DNA of 62,562 nt, counting the filler, from Rhabdomonas costata (Eukaryota): assembly GCA_019059605.1 (NCBI GenBank). It is 29 parts of 29 records of this genome, joined end to end, with 100 filler letters (N's around TTAATTAATTAA, not from the genome) between each part and the next. Parts side by side here need not be neighbours in the genome. Positions count along the whole stretch, not along the records: positions 36,749 to 38,809 come from JAHMHO010005993.1; positions 38,910 to 40,969 come from JAHMHO010005994.1; positions 41,070 to 43,130 come from JAHMHO010005995.1; positions 43,231 to 45,291 come from JAHMHO010005996.1; positions 45,392 to 47,453 come from JAHMHO010005997.1; positions 47,554 to 49,612 come from JAHMHO010005998.1; 23 more parts are not named here. One strand, written 5' to 3'. The notes beneath the pieces were generated by a model that worked only from the letters and a program-made list of their open reading frames with translations, was not told where the DNA came from and did not search any database. This document shows, one piece after another, positions 38,107 to 49,202 of this stretch (positions within the stretch are counted from its first letter, which is position 1; every line of letters starts with the position of its first letter). A program made the position numbers and the translations under genes.

Positions 38107-38469
38107 GGGCGTTAAACGGTATAACGCCGTTATACGGTAAAACGGTGTTATACGACAAAGTTCGAAACTAAACCACGGGGGCTCCGGCCCACCTAAACAC
38201 TAGTGTACATGCTTCGGTTTGACGTGTATCGACAACTTAGTATTGAAATCCCCCCAGGCACGTCCCCGCCTCAGCCGGCCGCGCCTCCGCCCCTAAACTA
38301 AGCGAATCCCTTTTGCTGACCAAAGTCCAGCGGGAGATGAGTTCCTACCACCAATACTAACCAACGTGAAAGACAATGGAATGGCCAAAAGAATTGTTTT
38401 TTTCACCTACCGCCCCATAACCGTATAACGGTGTTGTACCGTATAACGGCGTGATACCATTTGACGCCC
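38107..38469. mobile_element. MITE-like element with imperfect terminal inverted repeats of about 48 bp
   Basis: 38107-38154 GGGCGTTAAACGGTATAACGCCGTTATACGGTA... versus the reverse complement of 38422-38469 GGGCGTCAAATGGTATCACGCCGTTATACGGTA...; non-coding interior. Confidence 0.6.
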
Positions 38470-39553
38470 CCAAAAAAAATTAGGCCGGACCGCCTGTCGA
38501 TTTTATCCGGAACACAATAATCCAGAATTTGTCCTGCTGTTGGAGAGGACATTCTTGTTTCTCGTTTTATATACATTTGCGGTTGCATTCACAATATACA
38601 GAGTTCGCTGCCTTTGCGGTGCTTCTCGTTGGGTTTTGCAGGTATGTCAACGGTGCGCTGATCGCTCAGTACAACTGGAGCGCTCCTGCTTTTGCAGCCA
38701 GTGCGTATTTTGTCATCTCAAAATACACCACTAGCTGGGACAACACCACCTTGCAGACGGCCTCCAGTCTGAATTTTCTCGGGTGACCCCCCACCCCCAA
38801 AACACACCCNNNNNNNNNNNNNNNNNNNNNNNNNNNNNNNNNNNNNNNNNNNNTTAATTAATTAANNNNNNNNNNNNNNNNNNNNNNNNNNNNNNNNNNN
38901 NNNNNNNNNTGTTGGGGGGGATCCCCAGCATGGGGTCGTCATGGGTCTCGGATTCGGGCCCAGGGCCCTTTTGGAGCTGCCTCTGGCGCCGCGCCGCGTG
39001 CTCCAGCTGCAGCGCCAGGAGCATCTCCTCCGGGCTGGCCGTGGTAGGCAAGGGGTACGTCTCAGCGTCCGCACCCTTTGGGCAAGTTGAGCGAGTGGTT
39101 GAGGGAGAACATTGAAGGCGGAATCATTGAAGCCTTCTGATGCGTTTTGCTTTTCGCATTCTGTTGTAAGGAAACCTTAACCAGGGTTTCCTCACAAACA
39201 GACGATCGCTTGGGAAATGTTGGAGAAACTTGAGGAGATCTTCGGGAAAACAAACACAAAAGTCTGGGCGGTCAAAAGCGAAATGGATAGTTTGCATCCA
39301 CGCGACCAAAACAACACAACACACACACGCACATGCGCGAACGCAAATGTAACGCCGTTGTTGGCTTCACCGCCAGGAGGCCGACTCCTTTGCTCGACCA
39401 GGCCGAAAGCACTGAATTCACACCAACATGATGCCCATTGCAATTCTGAAGTAAAACTATGCACCCGGAGCTGGCCCCACGAGTAGATGGATGAAATGAA
39501 TCTAAGAAATGAGCAGAAAACCAGAAGAATCCAGATATCCCAACAAAGGTAAC

Positions 39554-39952
39554 TCAACGGACCTCAAGACCCGGATTCGGTCGTTGGGAGAAATTTCCGA
39601 AAACAGTCACCGGAGGTACGCCTGCTCCCCCATCCCCGAAGGGGTCGACGCCTGCGAAGCCCATCTCCCCAGCGAGGAAATCCGAGGAGCCCGGTTGGCG
39701 TAACGAGCCCCGCTGCCTCTCCAGCGTCTGCAGGATGAACCGGTGAGGGCAGAACCGCATGGCGGAGTACCATGAGCGGTCCAGGAGCTCAGCAAGGAAC
39801 TGCCGGACGGCGGCTTGGTGGGCCTTGTCTTGGGAGTCCGGCAGCCAGAGCTTCACAGAGTAGCTGCTGCGCTGCTTCCGGAACACCGTTACCCCGTGGA
39901 TGATGCCAGGAAAGTGCCCTTCGGCCAGAGCTTGCACAATGCACATCCACAC
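39554..39952 (-). CDS. Divergent eIF4E-like protein exon (C-terminal part of the domain)
   Basis: VWMCIVQALAEGHF..IHGVTV....SYSVKLWL..SQD resembles the eIF4E W...L...GE.F...I.G.V....I.IW pattern. Confidence 0.55.
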   Translation of the reverse strand: MWMCIVQALAEGHFPGIIHGVTVFRKQRSSYSVKLWLPDSQDKAHQAAVRQFLAELLDRSWYSAMRFCPHRFILQTLERQRGSLRQPGSSDFLAGEMGFAGVDPFGDGGAGVPPVTVFGNFSQRPNPGLEVR

Positions 39953-41306
39953 CTTTTGCGTGCGGGCGCGCAGGGGGTTCGGGGTCTTGTGTCATTGTTC
40001 AGCGCACATCACACACAACATTGCATAATCTCTGGAAGCAAAAGTTGAGAATAAGGATGGTCAGTATGAACTGCACATGTTTGCTTGCAGTTCGGAAGTT
40101 GTCTGTTCGAGGACAAGCAGAATCAGAGCAGGCAGCATTTCAGAGTTTGGAAAGCAGTGCAAAAGAAACCAAGAAAGAAGCAAAGCGGCTGCATCAGCAT
40201 CTCTGCAAACCTGAGCCAAGAGGGGTTTATGCCATCTTGAATCTTGAGCCCAAAAAGAAAGCTCCGCAAAAATTGGCGATTTGCAACCATTTTCGTCCCA
40301 TAATAGGTTAAACGCACGGTTTATGTAATCCCAAAAGTGAAAGGTGAACAAAGGCGAACGTCATACACACACTCTCTCTTCGTGCACAAGGCATGGTTTT
40401 GGTGGAGGTCTGTTCTGCCTCCAGCGGGCATTCGAATACTCTCCCCCTGACTGGCCCTCTCTTGTCTTCTCTTTTTCTGCCTGGAATCTTCAACTCAACT
40501 TTCTCTGACCACGGAAGTAGCAACTTCGCGTGGTCCTCACGCTCTCCACCGGCGCACCCCACAATGGGGTCTTGTGGGATTCTTTGGTCTGCTGCAGGGC
40601 TCATCACGTCAAAAAAAAAGTCCGGAAATAACGAAAAGACGAGCAACAACTGCTCTTCAAAATCAGCAATGCTCATACGTTTAAGGATACGATTCTTGAT
40701 GCGAATTTCTGAGCCCCTGCAAGTCCATTAAGTCCTCGCTGACACTTTTTAAGATGAAATAAAATAAAAGCCCGCGTTTCTATATTTTCAGTTCTGCTGA
40801 CCCTTGGCCTTCAAGTCGAATCCGGCCTTACTGAATTCAGTTTTGCAGCTGGAAGCTGCTGTATCCCGCCCCATTTGGATTGCTCCGCAGTGGTTTCACG
40901 GGAACCAACTGAGAAAAATATATTCACACGCTTGCACCCCACCCCCCCTCACCCGTATCACACACCACCNNNNNNNNNNNNNNNNNNNNNNNNNNNNNNN
41001 NNNNNNNNNNNNNTTAATTAATTAANNNNNNNNNNNNNNNNNNNNNNNNNNNNNNNNNNNNNNNNNNNNGTTTGTTTTGTGCTTAGTTCACCCCTGCTGT
41101 CTTTCTCGCGTTCCTTCTTGTAAATTGTTTGTTTTTTGTGTTGCACCCTTCCCGAACTCCTGTGCCTGTGCCGCAGTGCCGTGAGATTCTCTTTAAAAAA
41201 AAATGTGGTAAAGACGCTTTTTTTGTGTTTTGACTCAAGCCGCGAATTCCACCACTGAAGGTCGTGGGAAGTGGGCATTTGTCTTTTTTGTTTTGATTTG
41301 CTGCAG

Positions 41307-42439
41307 CTACCATACCCCGGAAGATGCGAAAGAGCGGTACACGGTGACGCGGGTTGCGCACGACAGCGACCCAAAGTCACTGGCGACGACGTTGACCAAT
41401 GAGCTTCGAGCGAAGGGGGAGGTCGGGGTTCAAGCTGTTGGGCCAGAAGCCGTGAACAATGCGGTGAAGGTGCGCGTGTGGGGAGATAATGATGGGATTG
41501 TTCTTCCAGTGCTTTCAGGGGAGTGAGAGGTGAGTCTCTTTTTATGAATGCCAACCCCTCCTGCCGCCCTTCCGCTTTTCACGCAGGCGATCTGCATTGC
41601 TCGGCGAATTGAGCAGGAGGTTGGGGGCTGTGAAGTGGGCTGTGTGCCTGACTTTGTGGGGATCCCCGGGCCAGACCCTTCGGAAGGGGAGTACACCGCA
41701 ATGCGGTGGACGCTTGCTGTGCGTCAGCGGGAGGCTGAAGTGCTCAACTGGTATGCAGGCTACTGACTTTTTCTTTTGTGGAGACACGCAGTTTGGTTAC
41801 TCTTTGAGAATGGGGTGTCCTGCAGGAAGCCCACTTTGGAGTTGATGAAGCCCCCTCTGGTGCACATCGAGCAGAGGGCGGAGGCCGGCGAGGTGAAGCT
41901 GGATGAGCTTCGGGTGGCGGGCTGGAGCGATCCTAGGATGGTTGGAGCAGCCGTGGCATCCCGAATGCACAAAGGAGAGAACGTGCGAATCACCGTTGTT
42001 GGTATGCATTTGGGTTTTTGTTTCCGTTGTGAGGTTTCACCGTGCTGGTTCTTCAAGCAGTTCACGATTTTTTTTTGGGCTGTTTCAGGCCCCGCCAGCG
42101 TGAACCAAACCATCAAGGCCTTGGCGGTTGCCCGTACCTATTTGGAGGAAAGCAAAGTGGACTTTGCGACGTTCCCTCGGTTTACAACCACTACGCTGGA
42201 AGGTTTGCTTTTTTCTAGGAGTTTGTTGAGTCACGTGGGGATGAGTGTCCGCTTTTTGAGAGCGTTTGCTTTTATTAGGCCCCGGAGCTGGCCAACCACG
42301 AGACATGTCAGCGGTGGAGCTTTACCTTTGCCCAAGCTGCTCCCCGAAGTTGGTTGGAAAGGAGATTGTGGAGTACCGAGTGGCGGTATGCTGTCAATTC
42401 CTGGTCGTTCCTGGGCAAGGAGGAGTAGACCATCTTTAA
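41307..42439 (+). CDS. Tandem SpoVS-domain protein; exons 41307-41469, 41587-41750, 41826-42001, 42089-42202, 42279 onward
   Basis: Two repeats, RVAHDSDPKSLA...VQAVGPEAVNNAVKAICIARR...GCVPDF and RVAGWSDPRMVGAAVA...VVGPASVNQTIKALAVARTY...TFPRF, resemble bacterial SpoVS (KVSAKSNPNSVAGA...QAIGAGALNQAVKAVAIARGF...CIPAF). Confidence 0.8.
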
Positions 42440-43009
42440 GGCCTCTTCCGCCGCCGTGAACTTCACCTGAAGGGCCAGCAAAAAAAAGAGAGATATGCAA
42501 ACTGTCACGTTGAACTCTGAACAGCTGACATTGAACTGAATTGATCCCTGAGCCCTCATTGAACTTTGAGGTCGGTGAAACCCTGCATGTGCGGTCGGCG
42601 GCGGCGGGGGGGGGGGATTTAGAGACCCGTGCTCACTTCTATTTTCTTATTTACCCCATCTTATTTTCCCCTAACCAGTTTCCAATCTTCCAAGTTTCCA
42701 AGTTTTGTGATGGCGGAGCCTTTCTCTCTTTTTTATCGACCTGATGCGCTGAGTTGATGTGGAAGACTGTCAACATCAATTAATAATCGAGGTACAGCAG
42801 TTGTTCAAGGTACAGCAGTTCAAAGAACAGAATTTAATTCCATTCCGATGCCACACCCGCTGAGGGCTACGCACCTCGGTGGGAGTATTCAGACGGACCC
42901 TCACCTTCAGCCCCGCGGGTAGATTTCTTTTCCCTCGGGTGACCTTGTCGCCACTGAAACGCGAGCTCCTCCGGGTAGTCCATCAGGGCTTCCTCCTCCT
43001 CGCTAATGC
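42308..43009 (-). CDS. Hypothetical convergent gene, last three exons (43009-42905, 42582-42503, 42466-42308)
   Basis: Three phase-compatible AG/GT-bounded exons ending in a stop codon; no family recognised. Confidence 0.45.
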
Positions 43010-45391
43010 CTGCGAAAGGCTACGCGACCCGGTGAAAAAAGACCTAAAACGCCCATACGGTCACGAAACCCGTTAGGAGGCGGTGCACGGCGGGTGTACG
43101 CTTCCATGCGATCACGGAACCCCAACCCCCNNNNNNNNNNNNNNNNNNNNNNNNNNNNNNNNNNNNNNNNNNNNTTAATTAATTAANNNNNNNNNNNNNN
43201 NNNNNNNNNNNNNNNNNNNNNNNNNNNNNNGGGGTGGGGTTGAGCGTCCGCTTCGTTGGGCCGGGGCGCCGAGCAGGGCTTGGGGCCAGCTGCCGCTGCC
43301 ACTTTGTTTTGTCTGCCTCGGCCTACTCCATCGCCATTCACCTGAAGGGTCCACTCTCGCCGGAGCTACTTCGCATGGTTTCCATCAATTTCTGCTCTGT
43401 GCGGCAAATCAAGGTGGATGGATCGCATGGGATGAAGCATGAAACATTTCTTGGCTTGGGGTGCAAGTACCAGCATGCAGCCGTTTCCTGCGCCTTAAGC
43501 CCCAACGGGATTTCATGCTTGGGAACGAAGCATGCCTATCCCCTCATTTATTTCTCACACTAACATATAAGATGATAACAATGCGTTAAGAGGGTTGCAC
43601 AAGTCTGGTGCAGACATGAACACAGGTGGCTGGGGACCTGCCTTTCCGCCAGGAACACTCTGAGGGTGGGAGAGGGGAGAGGGACAGAGGGCTTGGGATG
43701 GGTGTCGTCGAGCTGCTTGACCAGCCATTCAGATTTTTGAGAAACCCACTGCGAATGAAAGACCCAGCCCTGCTTGCCCCATCAATCAGCACAGGTGGTA
43801 GACGCCAAACCTAACCCATTGAACCCACACCAACGCTTTCGTACCGCACATCAACAACTGCAAACGCAGTGCATCAGCATCGGGTCAGCATCGGCCTTCT
43901 CCTGCAGCTGGTTCTCACACCATAAACTCCAAATCGTAGCAGACTTTACCCCTTGATCTCGGTCTTACACTTGCACGTGAATTGAATGGGTCACGCTCTT
44001 AAAATATGCGCCCCCCCCCATGATCAGCTCAAGATTGCGTCCGTTGGGCGGGGCGTATAATTGAGGTTCGCCAATGGGTTGGTGCACGCACACACACACA
44101 CACACAATGGCAGTTGAGTTAGACGTTCTGCTTCTCGCCCAGCCGCTCCGAGCGGGGGTGCTCCCCAGCCTAAGGGTCAATCCCAGTTCCCTCCAGAAGA
44201 GAGGTGGGGGTCACAATGGGGCTCACAATGGCGTAACGGAGACACGGGCGCTGAAACACAACTGTTCCAAAGCTGCAGGCGGAATGAGAGCTGACACATC
44301 CGCCGACCGTGAGCGACTGCTTTCGCACGACACCTCTAATTTGGAAGAGCGGGAACAACATACACGATGAGAGGAGAGAACACTCGCGGACCCAAGAACG
44401 AAAATCCAGACAATGTCACCACAAACTGCCCAAACTGACACCCAGTCAGACATATAGCAGAGCGCATTACACGAACCCTTCGTGTACCCTTCGTGTAGAC
44501 TATCGGGTAGGAACAAAAAACTTCATCACCAATATATGAACACGTTACCATTTATCTCATTTCTGGATGAAATCCATTGATTTCGTCTCATCTCGTTGTA
44601 TGCACTGGCTGTTGGAGAGAGAGAGTAAGAGAGAGATCGCATCCACCGCAAAACGATTTGCGTGTGCATTGGAGAGAGGGGGCACCTTTCCTCCGGTCAG
44701 CAGAGTCCGAGGCGAGGACGGCCGGCAGCGGGAGTACCTTGTCAAAGGAACAGTTCGGACGACTGCCGACCGCCAGGGCAGTGACCGCCCCCCTGCGCTC
44801 AGTGCACCATGGGGGGTCAGCAGGACGTGCGCGTAGACCGTGTCGTTGAGGCTCTTGACCTGGCATTCCAGTTGCAGAGCCAGCGAACGCAGACTATTTC
44901 ATGGCAAACCGATAAGGCTGAAGACTGCGTGTTGCTCAAGGCTCATCTTGAGGTTTTAGGGTCGATGAGCAGCAGTACACGTTGGAAGGTCAGCAACCAA
45001 GACGACCACCCATAAGCTTACGCCGCTGCTGTTCGCCCACTGGTTTGTTTCGCTGGCGATGCCCCATTTGGCTTGGTGTGCTCGCCACGCGTGCGGGTGC
45101 TTGGGAGCGACCAACAACAACCACAATTTAAGAACGGCCGTGAAGCGTATACAATCGGATAACTCCGGCCCCAACTCCGTATCCCCTACTCAAGTCTTCC
45201 TTTCCATTGCATTCAAACTCACCCGTAAAAAAACCACCCCACCCCTGGCTGTCTGGCTGTGTTCCGCCCGCAGCAAGCGACCCCCCCACAANNNNNNNNN
45301 NNNNNNNNNNNNNNNNNNNNNNNNNNNNNNNNNNNTTAATTAATTAANNNNNNNNNNNNNNNNNNNNNNNNNNNNNNNNNNNNNNNNNNNN

Positions 45392-46244
45392 AACTCTAGA
45401 GTTGAAAGAAGGATGAGAAGCGTGTACACCTTGAAAACCTCTGAGAGATCTTTCTTTTGTTTTCAAAACCCCATGGAAGCCCTCCAAAATGTTGATGTGT
45501 ACCTTTCCCACCTTTTTATGATCACAAAGTGCTGAGAGTGATTTGCAGTGTCGTGTATGTAATACGAAGAGAAGAAAGTCGTGAGTAGCCATTCCATAAG
45601 TCTGTCTGGATAGAGCAGTTTCCTTGAACATGTTTCTGTATATTTGAAGCAAGCGCGACAAATGAGCGATCAGTAACCACGTCAGCCATTAGTCTCTTAG
45701 CCACTCTTCCGCCAATGGACTCGTCGACATCCAAGATTGTCTGGATCCAAGCTACGCCATCTTTGCGTTGTTGTCGACCTTTGTTGTACTTGTGCTTGCC
45801 AATGGCGGCCTCGTCAGCATCGAAGAGTCCGAACAAGCGCTCTTGGGTAGCTTCTGAAAGAGAGTAATATAGTAATTAGCCCTGTTGGGATCCGTCCCGC
45901 CGGACACGTTCACCCCGCATAGGTCACTAGGGGACACGTTCAAAGTCTCCTAACCCCATGCGAGATACAATACTTTTGTTCTAATAATAAGGGCACATAC
46001 GCTCAGGAAGAACAGTCTCTATGCATATCTTGATCACCTTGGTGACAGTGTGCTTTTATAAACGACATTGCTGGAGAATCTGAGACGGGTAGAACTCATA
46101 ACACCACATGTAGGTTGCCTTCAGAACTGAGTAGCAGTCTTTTAATCTTTTCAGAAAGCAGTCGTCGGTCACCACCTCCACAGTCTTGCAGCAATTTCGA
46201 GAAGTGCAACTCCAGTGCCAGGGCATGGGGGCACATATCATCAT
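45392..46244 (-). pseudogene. Decayed Merlin / IS1595(ISXO2)-like DDE transposase
   Basis: DADEAAIGKHKYNKG, VTDRS, IQKHV..NCSIQTDLWNGY, DHKK and VHINILEGFHGVLK motifs, interrupted by a frameshift and stops. Confidence 0.85.
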
Positions 46245-47838
46245 CGAAGAACCGTGGCAAGAAGGGGGCCATGCAAAAGACCAGCATCAACCAGATCATG
46301 GACAAAGGCCAATTCGTCGCCCTTGTAGTGAGCTCCGATGTCGTCGTGAGTGAGATCAAAAAGAGTTCCATTTTTTGTGTAGAGAACTCCAAAAACATAA
46401 CAAAAACACCATGCGTGAAGATTTCTTACCTCGGGAAGATTTCTTATCTGACCAGAATTTTATGACAGAGCTGGCATTTTCAGCGAGAACTACCTGTTCC
46501 GTTGGAATTTCTCTGCGTTGGCATGAGTATAAACTCTGCAGATTGTAGGCAATATGGATCTCGTAGATGTGAGCGAGGGAAACGTGTCAAGACAGCGGTA
46601 GAGCTTGTGGAGCGCTAATGTGCTTTTGTTGCGTGGTGCGTGTTCAGCAGCTCAGGTGGATGGTAGATTTGTCCACTGCAGAGTAAGGCGCTGGCTGCGC
46701 GTTTTGTGGGAGTTGTCTTTCAAGGGTATGTTCTGCTTTGGTGAATGGTTTGTTTATGTTTCTTGTATGGCGCATCGTCTGCACTTTTTCAAGGTTGTGA
46801 AAAGAAGTGGGTGTTGTGGTAAAATGTGGAGTCAAATGTAACGTTTGTATGATAAACTTGGACTCGGTTCATTTAATTTTTATTCACTTTAATACAAAAC
46901 AGTTTTAGAAAAGGATGCAACAAATTAATTAGGATTGTTTAGCGCTAAAAAGACAGGACGTTTTTACTTACAAGTGACATTTAAAGATGGATAATGGTTG
47001 GATATGCATTTGAACGTTTGATTTGGGGTCTAATCTCTTCTGCATATTTCTTTTATACATATTCATAGAAGAATTGTTCTCCAAGTCTCTTTTGTCGTAA
47101 AGCTTTCCCAGTGGTTACAATTGATATCTGAGCTGGTTCCTTCATTAAAACTCGTTGTTTTGACTTTTGTTTCTTTTTGTGTTACTAGATATGGATTATC
47201 GTTGCATTGAATGCTTCGGAAATATCTTTTATTTTTATTCCTCCGTTTTATTACTGCGTCATCCAATTGAACCATTTATTTCAATACACTCCTCTGCGCA
47301 TTTCCTGAAGAACTTCAAACTGCTGTCATCGTGTTCAACCAAGAGGCACCGTTTGCGCGGCTATCAACGTCTCCTTACTGGAGGAAAATAAAAATAAAAG
47401 ATATTTCCGAAGCATTCAATGCAACGATAATCCATATCTAGTAACACAAAACANNNNNNNNNNNNNNNNNNNNNNNNNNNNNNNNNNNNNNNNNNNNTTA
47501 ATTAATTAANNNNNNNNNNNNNNNNNNNNNNNNNNNNNNNNNNNNNNNNNNNNTAGGGGTTGGTGGGGGGGGGGGGGTTGCCCTGTGGATTGCTGTGCCC
47601 TTTCCATCCAGTGTAAATCTCGTTCACCCTCTCTCCTCCGTGGTTTCTTCTTTTCACTTTGACGATGGGATATGATGTCGATGGATGCAGCACTATGATT
47701 GGGAGGGTGGATGAAAGGAGGAGTTTTTGCTTTTAGCCTGATGAGCGGGTGGGATTGGGGATGCCTTTGAGCTATTGCCGTAAAGCAGCAGCCAGTCCCC
47801 TATGGATGTGGGCGCCTCCCTCTGTTGCTGTGGAATAG

Positions 47839-49202
47839 ATCTCGTTGCAGCTGGACTTCTCCGTGCAAGTGCTGACCACGGGGTACTGGCCGGCGTATAA
47901 GTCGGAGCCCGTGAACCTCCCTACTGAGCTGCAGTACCACATCGACCTCTTCAAGAAGTTTTACGATCAGACCACACAGAGCAGGCGTGCGACAGGCGGG
48001 GACAAACCAAACTATATGTTTCGCCCTTGTTTGTTAAGTTTCTTCTGAGGGGGGAGGGTCTTCCTTCAGCACCCATCTGCCTCGTCAACAGGTTGCAAGA
48101 ATCGTCTTTGGTTATGTCGAAAATGGTTCTTGGGTGTTGATGGGGTTGCGGTTACTTTGGCTCAGATGAATTAAATTTCCTGGTGAACTACCATTCTACC
48201 GTGTGCATCTCGTCTCATCATATTTGCTTTCAGTTCTCGCCTACTGGCATTCAAAGCACAAATCGGCCTATTTTGGAGCCCTTTCGACCTACGTAGGAAG
48301 CAAGATCGACCCCTTTGAACCTTTTTTAGTCCCGCGCACACGGAGGCTGAGCCAGTTGGTCTCTCTGGTGCGCAGTGGTGTTCCAGCAACCCTGACCTTT
48401 TGTGCGGTCCCAACAACAACACCATCAGCCAGGGAGTTTGGAAGCGCCTCCCCTCCCTTCATTTTGAAAATTGGCATCTCTGTGGTTGTGTGTATATCCA
48501 AGGTAAACTTGTTGAGGAGATTTGATGATGGTGTTGATGGTGGGGTGCAGGGTTCTGCGGTGGATCCACTCCCTGGGCACGGCCACGGTGGCGTCGCGGT
48601 TCCGGAGCGGCCCCAAGGAGATTTCTATGTCGACCTACCAGGCCTGCGTGTTGTGCCTGCTGAATACTCGCGAGGAGATTGCGGTGCAGGTCATCACGGT
48701 CGAGTTGGGGCTGCCCCTGGACGAGGCGTGCAGCCCCTTCTCTCTTTGGCCTTCAGCCCCTGCAGCCACATCACACACTGATATGACGCACCGACAGGAT
48801 GCAGAATGGGCGTGGCTGCTCGGGCATGCACGATCCTCCCCATTGCACTCCCTGCCTCTCCCCGCATTTGTGCCGTGCTTTGTGAGGTGGCCCTTCCACC
48901 ATATTGTTTGACCATTTGTGGGTGTATTCGGTATGCTCTCGATGGCGCTGCGCTGTACTGTGGTCCCCCGCGCGGTCATCTCTCGGTCATTCCCTTTAAT
49001 CTGTGCTTATTGACCTGCTGATTTAGGGCTCGGTGGGCCTTATCTGTAGCAATTTTTCTACGATGGAGTGTGGGCATGGGGTCACCGGTGGGTGGCTTAG
49101 GTGAAGCCTGTGCTGCACTCGCTGGCCTTTGGGAAGTTCCCTGTGCTGAAGAAGGCTGGGGACGTGAAGTCCAAAACGATCACGGAGGCTGATGTCTTCC
49201 AG
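47839..49202 (+). CDS. Cullin, partial; exons about 47839-47984, 48551-48725, 49101-49202
   Basis: DFSVQVLTTGYWP...FKKFYDQTTQSR|VLRWIHSLGTATV...MSTYQACVLCLLN...LGLPLDE|VKPVLHSLAFGKFPVLKK. Confidence 0.93.
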
